A DNA stretch of 59,362 bases, taken from the IMG/VR virus record IMGVR_UViG_3300030106_002463, positions 1-59,362 of that record, one strand, 5' to 3'. The position numbers and the translations under genes are program-made. Source of the stretch: a virus. Its lineage: Duplodnaviria > Caudoviricetes. The notes beneath the pieces are model-generated. The model was not told where the DNA came from. It searched no databases and saw nothing but the letters and a program-made list of their open reading frames with translations. Positions 28,587-37,239 of the stretch are shown here, piece by piece. How positions within the stretch are numbered: position 1 is the stretch's first letter; the number at the start of each line of letters is the position of its first letter.

Positions 28587-29265
28587 GAATCTTCTCCTCG
28601 ATTCTCTTAAGTGCGCTTCCGCGCTTTTTGAAAATGTTGGCAACGAAAAGCGCCGCCTCGGAATCCTCTTCCTTTAGTTCATCAACTACACCCTTATTGT
28701 CGGAGTAGTATGTCTTGAGTTCCTTGAAGGTCGTTGCGGAAGTGAAGAGGGCCAGCAAGAGATTCGCTTTCGGATTTGCGTAAGTCCTGTAGTGAAGCTC
28801 AACGAGGGTGTAGATCTCTTCGTCTGCTTCTTTCGTGAATCTCTTGTTGCTCGTTGCGAAAGACTTGCTCTCAAGGATCCCATCGTCGTAGAGATATCTC
28901 CCGACTCCGAACTGCACGGCAGCACGCTTCAGCGCATCACTGTACATCCCCTTCTCACCTTCGAATGTGGACTGAGTACCCACGTCAGACTTGTGTACCC
29001 ATCCCCATCCGTTGAATGAAACGCTTAGCTTGCAGACGCATCGAGTCTCAAGGTCAATATATTCAGTAGTCCACCTACCGATACCAAAGACCTCATCGAG
29101 TCTATCCATAACGTCCCTTGCATCTAGATACAGAAGGGCGGAAGACTTGTTCCCGTTAAAGTTAGAGGCTCTCCACTTAATTTGATTGGGAGAGAACGGA
29201 GCCTTCAGTTGCTTCTCTAAGATTTCAAAGGTCGCGTCGTCAGACTCTTCAGTTTTCGCGGTCAT
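28579..29265 (-). CDS. Rad52/Sak-family ssDNA annealing recombinase
   Basis: LKAPF...IKWR...YLDARDVMDRLDEVFG...KGMYSDALKRAAVQFGVGRYLY. Confidence 0.9.
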   Translation of the reverse strand: MTAKTEESDDATFEILEKQLKAPFSPNQIKWRASNFNGNKSSALLYLDARDVMDRLDEVFGIGRWTTEYIDLETRCVCKLSVSFNGWGWVHKSDVGTQSTFEGEKGMYSDALKRAAVQFGVGRYLYDDGILESKSFATSNKRFTKEADEEIYTLVELHYRTYANPKANLLLALFTSATTFKELKTYYSDNKGVVDELKEEDSEAALFVANIFKKRGSALKRIEEKIHG

Positions 29266-30127
29266 TCAGGAACCCCTTATGAATGTTACAAATATCGTTA
29301 AATGGGCAATAGCTTTTGCATCTGCGATAGCTATCAAATGTTTTGTCGATAACTGACCAGATCTGATCTTCGCCACTCAACTTATCGAAATAGGAGTTAG
29401 CTTTAGTCTTAGTCTGGAAGAGTTTCTTTTCTTCAGAGTTCATGTTGTAGACAGAGTAGACAGTTCCTCCGGGCCAACGTCCCTCATGCGAGCAGGCAGG
29501 GAGGTCATCATCCGGCAGGCTCGCAGCATCCTGCAACGCTTTGATCCGGTCACGGATGAACTGCTCCCTCTCCTCGTAGGGCCACAGAGGGATCTTGATC
29601 GTTACGCCTGGGGTCTTCGGGTAGTTGGTCATCTTCTCGGCCATAGAAATCTTCCAGTCCCGTAGGAATGCGTAGATCTGTAGCCCTTCGACTTCCCTAT
29701 CCGTACAAGTCTCGATGAGCCAAGCGTAGATGTTTAGCTGCTGCTCAAACTTAGTGGTGTCCTTGATGGCAAATACAGTAGTCATCTTATAGTCACCAAT
29801 GGTAACCTTGTTACCAGAGACAACCTGAACATCCATCGCCCCAGAGATTGTTACCCCATCGACCTCGGCGAACAGCCGCTCTTCTGCTATCTCTCCCTCA
29901 GGGGAGTTCTTCTCCATGAGGCTATGGAAGATTGTGCTGACAAACTTCCACGGATTCTCATACGGATCATCAACTATCAGATCGGAATGTCTTTCGTTGA
30001 AATGAACAACTCGGACCTCATCGATCAGTTGAGTGGCGGAGTAATCTGCCTTGCCTCGGGAGTATTCGTCGTTTGAACAGAAAGCAATAAACGACGCCGG
30101 GGCGTTGTGGTTATTCACAATTTTCAT
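29249..30127 (-). CDS. PD-(D/E)XK exonuclease (recombination partner)
   Basis: YSAT, E.RL, ISGAMD...DYK, QLNIY and C-terminal C..YC....C. Confidence 0.8.
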   Translation of the reverse strand: MKIVNNHNAPASFIAFCSNDEYSRGKADYSATQLIDEVRVVHFNERHSDLIVDDPYENPWKFVSTIFHSLMEKNSPEGEIAEERLFAEVDGVTISGAMDVQVVSGNKVTIGDYKMTTVFAIKDTTKFEQQLNIYAWLIETCTDREVEGLQIYAFLRDWKISMAEKMTNYPKTPGVTIKIPLWPYEEREQFIRDRIKALQDAASLPDDDLPACSHEGRWPGGTVYSVYNMNSEEKKLFQTKTKANSYFDKLSGEDQIWSVIDKTFDSYRRCKSYCPFNDICNIHKGFLNDREN

Positions 30128-30149
30128 TGGTTCCCTTTCCAATGGCGCA

Positions 30150-30177
30150 ATCATAAATCGGATCTTGGATATGTCAA
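30150..30177 (-). promoter_or_regulatory. Sigma70-type promoter of the leftward recombination operon
   Basis: Minus strand TTGACA-16 nt-TATGAT; overlaps the start of the divergent RusA gene. Confidence 0.55.
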
Positions 30178-30551
30178 CAGATAAATCGATTGAAATATGG
30201 GATCAGGTAATACTCGGCGAGCCAGCCAGTAAAGCGAATAGCAGGAGGCTGGTAACTATCGGCGGAAAGCCCCGTGTTATCAAGTCGAAGAAGGCGCTAG
30301 AATATTCCAAGCACTTTGAACAGCAAGCCCGACCTCCGGCTGAACCCATAACCGGAGATGTGAAACTGGCCGTAACGATATGGTACGCAACGAGAAGACC
30401 GGATCTGGATCCAAGCTTAATCATGGATCTCCTACAGAAAGTAGGGGTGATCGAGAACGATCGGCAGATCAAGGAGATACACGCCGTTCACGACTTGGAC
30501 AAGGAGAACCCGAGGGCGGCGATAAGGATAACGAAGCTCACCGCAGACTAG
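30171..30551 (+). CDS. rusA: RusA-like Holliday junction resolvase
   Basis: GEPASKANSR...RRPDLD...DLLQ..GVIENDRQI...NPR. Confidence 0.8.
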   Translation: MSTDKSIEIWDQVILGEPASKANSRRLVTIGGKPRVIKSKKALEYSKHFEQQARPPAEPITGDVKLAVTIWYATRRPDLDPSLIMDLLQKVGVIENDRQIKEIHAVHDLDKENPRAAIRITKLTAD

Positions 30552-30781
30552 CAGCGGCCATAATCCTACAGTCCCTCAAGGATATGTGTCAGGATTCTGA
30601 CACCTTCGGATCTGATATCCTTGATTGGTCTTCGACCGATGCCTTCAGCGAAGTATGCCTTCGGGCTGGCATGAAACCCGAAGAAGTCCATGAACTAATC
30701 CAAGAACTTCATTCCCTGCCGACGAGAGTCCGCAGGGAATTTTTGCTTAATCGTCTGAAAAGGAAAGGGAAGACTAGGTGA
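30380..30781 (+). CDS. Hypothetical protein (true start probably downstream)
   Basis: RRLAAAIILQSLKD helical domain follows RusA. Confidence 0.55.
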   Translation: MVRNEKTGSGSKLNHGSPTESRGDRERSADQGDTRRSRLGQGEPEGGDKDNEAHRRLAAAIILQSLKDMCQDSDTFGSDILDWSSTDAFSEVCLRAGMKPEEVHELIQELHSLPTRVRREFLLNRLKRKGKTR

Positions 30782-30971
30782 GGGAGAGGAGAGGAAAGGG
30801 ATACTCTCCTCTCCCTCGGAGGAGCCAAGGGGCAGGCTCACTTTTTTATTCCTATGTCTTGCGAGGATCTTCTAGATCCTATAGGAACTAGATTCTCTCA
30901 GAGGAGAATCATATCGGCTATAGGATTCTATAGCCTGTGAGAAGCGAGCTTGTCAAGGGGGGAAATTCTTT

Positions 30972-32729
30972 GTGTCTGCCATAAAAAATTTAGTAGAGTC
31001 GCAATTCGATCTGCAACCAGCCGGAACTAAAAGCTTTATCTGCCCGGAGTGTTCTTCGGAAAGAAAGGGGTCGAATCGCAACAGTCGTTGCCTCCGGGTG
31101 ACGTTCGAAGAGGAAGCCGCAGTTTGGTTCTGTCACAACTGCGAAGAGAAAGGGCAAGTAAACATGGCGCGAACAGAGCCTAGAGAGAGAGTAATGAGAA
31201 CTGCACCCACCTTCACACCAGCCAGCGAGGATCTAATTCAACAAGTTTTCTCGGCTAGATCTATCAATTCGGATCAGATCTCTGAGCAGACGAAGAAGTC
31301 GATCTTGTTTTCGGATGATGTTTACTTCACTTCCATTGGCGGCAAGGACAAGTCGATCGGCTTTTCGTATGCTGATGGGGCTATTAAGTGGAGAGCAGTT
31401 GACAGCAAAGCGTACACCCAGACTGGTGTATGCCGATCCTTATTCCCTGACATGCCGCTGGGTGACATGGTGGTACTCGTCGAGGGAGAGTTCGATGCTC
31501 TCGCTCTTAGGTCTTGCGGGTACGACGCCTTCTCCGTCCCTGCTGGCGCGAACATCGGCAAGTCGAGTGACGCCCCGCCTTTCCTGAAGCCTGTGCTGGA
31601 GGCTCTTGAGGAAGACAGAATCGATGTTGTCGTTGCTGTCGATGCCGACGAGAAGGGTAAGGACTTTCAGGAAAAGCTTCTCGGGTTCCTCGGAAGGCGT
31701 CGAGTCGGAGTCATTGACTGGTCGAAGTACGGAGTCAAAGACGCAAACGAATGTCTGCAAACGCACGGTGATGTCGGCATCAAGAACGCTTTCCAAGAAG
31801 TAGAGAACATTCTCTACGAAGGGATCGTGAGAGCAAGCTCTGTTGCTACGACGATTAGCGACATCCGTATCGGCGGCTTCAAAGGTGGAGCGAAGATTGG
31901 TATCCCGTCTGTCGATAAGCTCATGACGATCTGCTCGGATCAGGTGTCAGTCGTTACTGGCGTCCCCGGCTCCGGTAAGTCCGAGTTCATAGACTTTGCA
32001 ATGGTCAGTCTCGCCATGAGAGAGGATTGGAAGTTCGCAATATTTTCGGCAGAGAATCCTATCGAAATACACGCTGGCAAGCTGATCGAGAAGTACGCCG
32101 GGAAGCCCTTGTTCGAAGGGGCCGTGATGAGCGAGGAGGATCTTGAAGAGAGTGCTGAATGGCTTGATCGGCACTTCTTCTTCCTCGACCCATCGTCATC
32201 CCATACGATTGAGTCGATCCTCCAGCGGGCTGCGATCCTCGTAGAGAACGAGGGTGTCAACGGGCTTGTGATCGACCCGTTCAACTACACCGACGTTGCT
32301 CTAGAAACGGATGCGATCAACACGATGCTTACGCGGCTCCATGCATTCGCGAAGCAGTATCACATTCACATCTGGATCGTGGCTCATCCTCAGAAGATGT
32401 ACCGAGGAGAGGGCGGTAAGCTCCCGACGCCGGGAGGCATGGATATCTCTGGCTCAGCAGCGTGGTTCGCGAAGGCAGACTTCGGAGTCACGGTATCCAG
32501 AGACGAGAACGGGGATACCTTCGTCGTTGTATGGAAGGTCCGGTTCAAGTGGCTCGGCGAGACGGGATCTGCACATCTCAAGTACGATCCGACTTGCGGC
32601 AGATACTCTGAGGGTATCAGCATTGATGATATTGCTGACACCTTGGGAGACCTGTCGAGTTCGTTCGTCGATGAGGAGGACAAGGATGGCAGCGAAAAAG
32701 AAGACTCGTCAGACCTCTTCGATATCTGA
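30972..32729 (+). CDS. Primase-helicase (Zn-binding domain, TOPRIM, DnaB/Twinkle-like helicase)
   Basis: CPEC...CHNC; VEGEFD, DAD and KDANE; Walker A GVPGSGKS; IDPFN, VAHP and DISGS. Confidence 0.95.
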   Translation: MSAIKNLVESQFDLQPAGTKSFICPECSSERKGSNRNSRCLRVTFEEEAAVWFCHNCEEKGQVNMARTEPRERVMRTAPTFTPASEDLIQQVFSARSINSDQISEQTKKSILFSDDVYFTSIGGKDKSIGFSYADGAIKWRAVDSKAYTQTGVCRSLFPDMPLGDMVVLVEGEFDALALRSCGYDAFSVPAGANIGKSSDAPPFLKPVLEALEEDRIDVVVAVDADEKGKDFQEKLLGFLGRRRVGVIDWSKYGVKDANECLQTHGDVGIKNAFQEVENILYEGIVRASSVATTISDIRIGGFKGGAKIGIPSVDKLMTICSDQVSVVTGVPGSGKSEFIDFAMVSLAMREDWKFAIFSAENPIEIHAGKLIEKYAGKPLFEGAVMSEEDLEESAEWLDRHFFFLDPSSSHTIESILQRAAILVENEGVNGLVIDPFNYTDVALETDAINTMLTRLHAFAKQYHIHIWIVAHPQKMYRGEGGKLPTPGGMDISGSAAWFAKADFGVTVSRDENGDTFVVVWKVRFKWLGETGSAHLKYDPTCGRYSEGISIDDIADTLGDLSSSFVDEEDKDGSEKEDSSDLFDI

Positions 32730-33171
32730 TTACCCTCTGCTCGTTGAGTCGGGCACGGAGGAATACAGAAAGAAGAAGAGAATTGAGCTTGAGAGGATTG
32801 ACTCTCGCGGGATCTTCCGACGGGCAAGAGTCGTAGACCAGACTGTTTTTGACAGACTGTTCATACAAGAAAAGATAACCCGCCAGCAGTTCTCTGCTGC
32901 CGAGATGTATCTGGAAATGATGGGGATAGCTGGGTGCTTCCTCCGATCCCCTTCGATGAAGGGGTCGGAGAAAGTCACCGGCAGGGATGTGGGTGGGAAT
33001 ATCTCTGCAAAGATTATGGTTATATCTAGAGCGAGAGACAGTCTCCGGGAAGCCGGGGAGGGGGCTCTTATTGCTGTCGAGTCATGCCTGGGGCACGATC
33101 GAGAAGTTGACCTAGCCTTTCTGAAGCTTGGTCTAGATGCTCTTGCTCGACACTTTCGAATAGATCGATGA
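32686..33171 (+). CDS. Hypothetical regulator (possible late-gene activator/antiterminator)
   Basis: Start refined to MAAKKK after GGAGG; DRL....IT..QF.AA motif; sits at the end of the replication operon. Confidence 0.45.
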   Translation: MAAKKKTRQTSSISDYPLLVESGTEEYRKKKRIELERIDSRGIFRRARVVDQTVFDRLFIQEKITRQQFSAAEMYLEMMGIAGCFLRSPSMKGSEKVTGRDVGGNISAKIMVISRARDSLREAGEGALIAVESCLGHDREVDLAFLKLGLDALARHFRIDR

Positions 33172-33325
33172 GGCTTTTCTGATCCTTGGTCTTGGCGTAC
33201 TTGTCGAGAGCTTTTGCTATGCCCTTTTCGTTTATAAACTCAATGACCTCGTTCAGTTCTTCTAAGAACTCAAGCCATTCCTTGTCGCTCGCATCAAGGT
33301 CTATCTTCATTTGAATTGTAGACAT
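33068..33325 (-). CDS. Hypothetical protein
   Basis: AGAAAGGA Shine-Dalgarno; 85 aa. Confidence 0.6.
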   Translation of the reverse strand: MSTIQMKIDLDASDKEWLEFLEELNEVIEFINEKGIAKALDKYAKTKDQKSLIDLFESVEQEHLDQASERLGQLLDRAPGMTRQQ

Positions 33326-33431
33326 CTCGGAAGTTCCTTTCTGAGTTTTCGTCGGCTATCGAAGCCGCCCTACACAGGGCTAAAGCAAACAACAATCCTA
33401 AACACCATAGCGTAAACAATAAGAATTTCAT
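33294..33431 (-). CDS. 45-aa membrane peptide (below the ORF-track cutoff)
   Basis: MKFLLFTLWCLGLLFALALCRAASIADENSERNFRDVYNSNEDRP*; fills the gap in the operon. Confidence 0.5.
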   Translation of the reverse strand: MKFLLFTLWCLGLLFALALCRAASIADENSERNFRDVYNSNEDRP

Positions 33432-33432
33432 T

Positions 33433-33741
33433 TCAAACGATAAAACTTTCAATCGCTGAAAATATTCTCAGTCGAGCATCAGTGTCAGGATTAGTTTCTT
33501 TTATCACCGAATAGGCTTCGGATAGACTGAAAACGGCGCTTTGCCTGCACCATCTTTTTCTATCTGTCCTAAGTCCGCTCTCTGTGGATTGATAAACATG
33601 GCGGGAGGCATCGCCGAGATGTTCTCTAACTATCGAGTAAACATCCTGCGTCATCTCCTCATTTTTCTGAAGGAGGAAGATCTCATTCTTCGCCATGTTG
33701 ATGTAATCCTTTGCCCTCTCAATTCGTTCTTCAATCCTCAT
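33433..33741 (-). CDS. Hypothetical protein
   Basis: AGAAAGGAG Shine-Dalgarno; 102 aa. Confidence 0.65.
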   Translation of the reverse strand: MRIEERIERAKDYINMAKNEIFLLQKNEEMTQDVYSIVREHLGDASRHVYQSTESGLRTDRKRWCRQSAVFSLSEAYSVIKETNPDTDARLRIFSAIESFIV

Positions 33742-33922
33742 TTTACATTCTCCTTTCTTGAGTTCTGGAGTCCCCGCCCCCCGTCACGGGGGCGGCATCT
33801 CCTGAAGGCAGGGCCTTGCGCTACATCGCCCTAACTGCTTGTCGTGACGGACTCACAGGACTGGCGCAGCCGGTATGACTACCTGCACAGTGGTTGACAG
33901 TAGTTGCACATATACTAGACGG

Positions 33923-34006
33923 TGTCGGGTGCGGGGGTCGAACCCGCATGACCTAACGGTCGGGAGATTTTAAGTCTCCTGTGTATACCAATTCCACCAA
34001 CCCGAC
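33923..34006 (-). tRNA. tRNA-Leu (anticodon TAA, reads UUA)
   Basis: Reverse complement GTCGGGTTGGTGGAATTGGTATACACA-GGAGA-CTTAAAA-TCTCC, long variable arm, GCGGGTTCGACCCCCGC-ACCCGACA. Confidence 0.93.
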
Positions 34007-34398
34007 TAAAGCAAATCCTTCTCGATCTTGTTCGCGATCCTCTTGAATGACCATCCCTTGTCGTTCAACTCAGCAAGCTCCTGTGCGTAAGCAACACCGA
34101 GACCCATCTCAGTGAGAATTTTTAGGCTTGGGAAGGATGTTGTATCCGAACATCCCCAGCCTTTCTTATCGGCATAGCTAGGCATGGCGAACTCTTCATG
34201 AGGATCAATGCTCCACACAACCCAGTTTTTATGCTGGATCCAATCACCTTCAACAATGATGTCGCAAGCCACTCCCAAGCAGCAGTAGTCGCAGTCACCG
34301 CTGATCTCATCTTCCTTGCAAAGATTTGATTTGCCCTGCTGATAGTCACCAGAGCGGAGTGCTTTCACCCATTTCTTTACGTCAGACTTCTTCATCAC
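34006..34398 (-). CDS. Conserved phage hypothetical protein between two tRNAs
   Basis: KKWVKALRSGDYQQG...YCCLGVAC...LAELND.G.SF..IA..IE. Confidence 0.75.
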   Translation of the reverse strand: MMKKSDVKKWVKALRSGDYQQGKSNLCKEDEISGDCDYCCLGVACDIIVEGDWIQHKNWVVWSIDPHEEFAMPSYADKKGWGCSDTTSFPSLKILTEMGLGVAYAQELAELNDKGWSFKRIANKIEKDLL

Positions 34399-34413
34399 AT
34401 CCTTTCTTGTAAG

Positions 34414-34490
34414 TGGCGCACCCGGCAGGATTCGAACCTGCGACCCGCTGCTTAGAAGGCAGCCGCTCTATCCAACTGAGCTACGGGTGC
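34414..34490 (-). tRNA. tRNA-Arg (anticodon TCT, reads AGA)
   Basis: Reverse complement GCACCCGTAGCTCAGTTGGATAGAGCG-GCTGC-CTTCTAA-GCAGC-GGGTCGCAGGTTCGAATCCTGCCGGGTGCGCCA; CCA encoded. Confidence 0.96.
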
Positions 34491-34650
34491 TTTCAAATGG
34501 TTTTAATTGCAGAGTCAGCAACGTATCAATTCGATCCAAAACATCTTCGATGTCTTTGCAGAAGAATTGATCTCCGCTTACTACAAGAAAACCGTTTGCA
34601 ATCTTCCTGACTCTCAACTGAAAGTCGTCGTCTTTATTGTGTGTAGACAT
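34468..34650 (-). CDS. Small hypothetical protein whose 3' end runs into tRNA-Arg
   Basis: Start overlaps upstream stop (TAATG). Confidence 0.45.
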   Translation of the reverse strand: MSTHNKDDDFQLRVRKIANGFLVVSGDQFFCKDIEDVLDRIDTLLTLQLKPFESTRSSVG

Positions 34651-34826
34651 TACTTCTTCTCCCCTTCAATAAATCCCAAGCGCGCAGGAATAACCACAAA
34701 GGAATTGCATACATCACAGCACCGCCCCTCGTTTACGGGTTCAGCGTTGTGCCCCAGATCCCAGCCGGTCAGCGGGTTCCTTTCGATCTCGCTGCTACAA
34801 ACCGAACACTTCATTTCAGTACCCAT
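34650..34826 (-). CDS. Small Zn-ribbon protein
   Basis: CSVC...GHNAEPV..GRCCDVCN..VIPARL; AGAAAGG Shine-Dalgarno before MGTEMK. Confidence 0.7.
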   Translation of the reverse strand: MGTEMKCSVCSSEIERNPLTGWDLGHNAEPVNEGRCCDVCNSFVVIPARLGFIEGEKK

Positions 34827-34938
34827 CCTTTCTTTCTTTCCCTCCTTCTCATTCCCGTCTGCGCGCACCGCTGACCAACTTGCCGCCCAGCTCACGCTGG
34901 TTTCTTTTTCCGATACCATATAAATCCTATCTTTTAAA

Positions 34939-35115
34939 TCAGTACCCATCCTTAAACCATCCACTCCCCTTTAGAGTGAATGAAGTTTTGCTGATTAGTC
35001 TCTTGGCTTTAGCTCTGCACTTCTTCTCGATACAAGTCTTCAAGGGTTCATCCTTGATAGACTGATAGACTGAGAACTCATGCCCCTTGGTGCATTGGTA
35101 GTCGTACTTAGGCAA
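34939..35115 (-). CDS. FmdB-family zinc-ribbon protein (58 aa, TTG start, below the ORF-track cutoff)
   Basis: MPKYDYQCTKGHEF...TCIEKKC...RLISKTSFTLKGSGWFKDGY*; AGGAG Shine-Dalgarno. Confidence 0.85.
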   Translation of the reverse strand: MPKYDYQCTKGHEFSVYQSIKDEPLKTCIEKKCRAKAKRLISKTSFTLKGSGWFKDGY

Positions 35116-35250
35116 AGCTATCTCCTGAAACTAATGAGGGGGACGGGAACATCCCGCCCCCCTCTAACTGCACAGCAAGACTGGTTAAATCCCCCCGGAT
35201 AGCACCCCGCCTTGCTTTCTGTGTGCAGCTATCTATTCTTTTTCCTAGAG

Positions 35251-35697
35251 TTATTCACCATCTTCCGCTTCGACTTCTTCTGCCCAGTCGTCTTCGTCTT
35301 CGGCTTCGTAAAAGATCCGTCGCGCGGGCTCTGGTATGCTTTTACCGACCGCCTCTCGACTCTCCGGTCGTTGCTCGATAGCTGTCTCTTCGTGACTCTG
35401 ATCGACACTGGCCTCCTCCTCTCCCCTTCGCCTCAGGATCCACGTCCTATCCACAGAGGAAACGTCGCCCCTTTCCAATCGGTCGAGTGTTTCCTTCAGC
35501 GTTTGGATCGTAGTTATCCGTGGCTTAGTAGCCCCGACTTCAATGTTACGGATAGTCACATTGGAGATACCCGAAGCAGCAGCCAGTCCATACCGGCTGA
35601 GCTTCAGGTTCATTCTTCGTTCTGCGATCTCTGAAACTCCGGCGACCATCTTTCCTGAGCCGTTACATATGGGACAGACTCGTTCGTTGCTTTCCAT
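35251..35697 (-). CDS. XRE-family helix-turn-helix regulator with N-terminal CxxCxGxG motif and acidic tail
   Basis: RRMNLKLSRYGLAAASGISNVTIRNIEVGATKP. Confidence 0.8.
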   Translation of the reverse strand: MESNERVCPICNGSGKMVAGVSEIAERRMNLKLSRYGLAAASGISNVTIRNIEVGATKPRITTIQTLKETLDRLERGDVSSVDRTWILRRRGEEEASVDQSHEETAIEQRPESREAVGKSIPEPARRIFYEAEDEDDWAEEVEAEDGE

Positions 35698-35912
35698 TAC
35701 TTATCCAAAAGCATCTTGATGATGTCTTCAGAAACAGAGAGGGTGGCCTGCCTGCTCTTGTCCTTCGCCCAATACTCAATGACTAGGTTGACACCAGCCT
35801 CGAATCCTTTTCGGTAGGCAAGCTTCTCTCTATTCCCTTGGGCCATGTAGATATTTTCTATTCCGGCCACTACTTCGCTTGCTGTCGCGATCGAATGGGC
35901 TTCGATTTTCAT
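35697..35912 (-). CDS. Hypothetical protein
   Basis: Coupled start/stop overlaps in the operon. Confidence 0.6.
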   Translation of the reverse strand: MKIEAHSIATASEVVAGIENIYMAQGNREKLAYRKGFEAGVNLVIEYWAKDKSRQATLSVSEDIIKMLLDK

Positions 35913-36208
35913 GATTCACCTTTCCCTTTTGGCTTCCAATCGCCAAAGATATCTTGAGACAAGTTATGCATTTCAACTGACAAAGAACGGATGTTGATCT
36001 TTGCTATCCCCAAGTCATTCTCAAGCTTTGTTTTTTCTGCGTGTGTGACGCCTTGCTTGGATAGCTTATCGATTATCTCATCCCTCTTTCTCTGTTCTTT
36101 TGTCAGCTCCCTATGCTTCTTATCTAGATCATCCTTTAGTTTCTTGATTGGTTTCATCTTCACGCCTGATGATGATGCAATCTTCGCTGTCTTTCCCGAA
36201 GTCGCCAT
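35909..36208 (-). CDS. Coiled-coil hypothetical protein (start may be MKPIKK)
   Basis: Heptad-like charged helix; operon context. Confidence 0.55.
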   Translation of the reverse strand: MATSGKTAKIASSSGVKMKPIKKLKDDLDKKHRELTKEQRKRDEIIDKLSKQGVTHAEKTKLENDLGIAKINIRSLSVEMHNLSQDIFGDWKPKGKGES

Positions 36209-36320
36209 CCGTTGCGACTCTCTTTACCTCATCCAGCATGTCGTTAAGATACTGGCCTGGATTTGTACCGATGATCTTGCTTCCGTTCTTTCTGAAATTG
36301 TGAGAGATAGTCCAGCTCAT
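36129..36320 (-). CDS. Hypothetical protein (MSWTISHN...)
   Basis: ATGA overlap with the upstream RHH gene; GGAGG Shine-Dalgarno. Confidence 0.55.
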   Translation of the reverse strand: MSWTISHNFRKNGSKIIGTNPGQYLNDMLDEVKRVATDGDFGKDSEDCIIIRREDETNQETKG

Positions 36321-36499
36321 GCGCCCTCCGACTCGTCGTAGTTGGTAAGGAAGTCGTTCAGGATGATCCGAAGCTGAGCAGCAGCGGGCCTGTGTTCCTT
36401 GACTGCGATCTCTTTGATGCGAGTCCATGCGTCAGCAGGTAGCTTCATCCTGACTTCACTGATCTTGTCAGTACCTAGGTAGTTGAACTTATCGGGCAT
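36317..36499 (-). CDS. Arc/ribbon-helix-helix DNA-binding protein
   Basis: EVRMKLPADAWTRIKEIAVKEHRPAAAQLRIIL; AAGGAG Shine-Dalgarno. Confidence 0.75.
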   Translation of the reverse strand: MPDKFNYLGTDKISEVRMKLPADAWTRIKEIAVKEHRPAAAQLRIILNDFLTNYDESEGA

Positions 36500-36508
36500 T
36501 GTGTCTCC

Positions 36509-36943
36509 TTAGTTAACGATGTCGGAAGCGAAGGCCCATCGGTCTTCGTTCTGAACAGAGTTGTAAACGCTATACAGTTGATCCATATACGGAGTGTTTG
36601 CGAGTCGAGGATCCTCCTTGACCGCCGCATGGACTTCGTTCTTGAAGTTGGGGTAGGTAATATCTGCGCTGAGCATGGCTCCGAGATGGACCCAAGTCTC
36701 TGCGTTGATGATGATCCGGTATTCGTAGTCACGATTCTTGTATCGACTACCCGGATCGTCGTAACCCAAGATCTCCTCGTCACCGATAAGATCTCCGAAT
36801 CGATCCTTCAAAGACTCAAGGTGTTCCTTGTATCTGGATCGAACCTCGATAACTTGGTCGGTCGGATCGATATCTCCGTTGGTGATATTAGAACTGGTCT
36901 TGTTGACCACACTGAAAAATCCGTAAGTAGTAAAAACCCACAT
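36509..36943 (-). CDS. Conserved phage hypothetical protein
   Basis: MWVFT..GFFSVV...VRSR..HL...RDY.YR...ITYPNFK pattern. Confidence 0.7.
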   Translation of the reverse strand: MWVFTTYGFFSVVNKTSSNITNGDIDPTDQVIEVRSRYKEHLESLKDRFGDLIGDEEILGYDDPGSRYKNRDYEYRIIINAETWVHLGAMLSADITYPNFKNEVHAAVKEDPRLANTPYMDQLYSVYNSVQNEDRWAFASDIVN

Positions 36944-36946
36944 AGT

Positions 36947-37237
36947 CTATTCCCCTTTGCAATTTCTAGACTGAGGCACGACTACTCGCTTGTCCCACCG
37001 TGAGACATCGCGAACGTAGTCTTCGCCGTGTTCTGTGATGATCTGGATGAAGTGCTTCGCATCCTGAGCGGGGCAAGTAAACCTGCCGCCGCCGCACCGG
37101 ACGATAACGGGAGCGAGTCTGTCATTCTTAACAAGCTCACCCAAGCTCTTCTCGTCAAGCCACACATCGTCAAGCCACACATCCTGAGTGGCCTGATTCA
37201 TACGAGACTCTTTCGTATCGAAATCTTTAACCTTCAT
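36947..37237 (-). CDS. Hypothetical early protein
   Basis: GAAGGGG ribosome-binding site; 96 aa. Confidence 0.6.
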   Translation of the reverse strand: MKVKDFDTKESRMNQATQDVWLDDVWLDEKSLGELVKNDRLAPVIVRCGGGRFTCPAQDAKHFIQIITEHGEDYVRDVSRWDKRVVVPQSRNCKGE

Positions 37238-37239
37238 GG

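Noticed and set aside
29249-30127. Cas4-like nuclease as evidence of CRISPR-Cas
   Set aside because: Sits with a Sak/Rad52 annealase and SSB, the usual phage recombination module
32311-32685. Long overlap of ORF 32311-33171 with the helicase
   Set aside because: A better start with Shine-Dalgarno exists at 32686 and the upstream part has no protein-like character
26939-34490. tRNA 3' ends as attP sites of a temperate phage
   Set aside because: The tRNAs are complete genes and no integrase was recognised anywhere in the genome
34413-34610. Plus-strand ORF MAHPAGFEPAT...
   Set aside because: Antisense translation of tRNA-Arg; the same applies to 26998-27312, which overlaps the tRNA-Ile 5' end and the RHH gene
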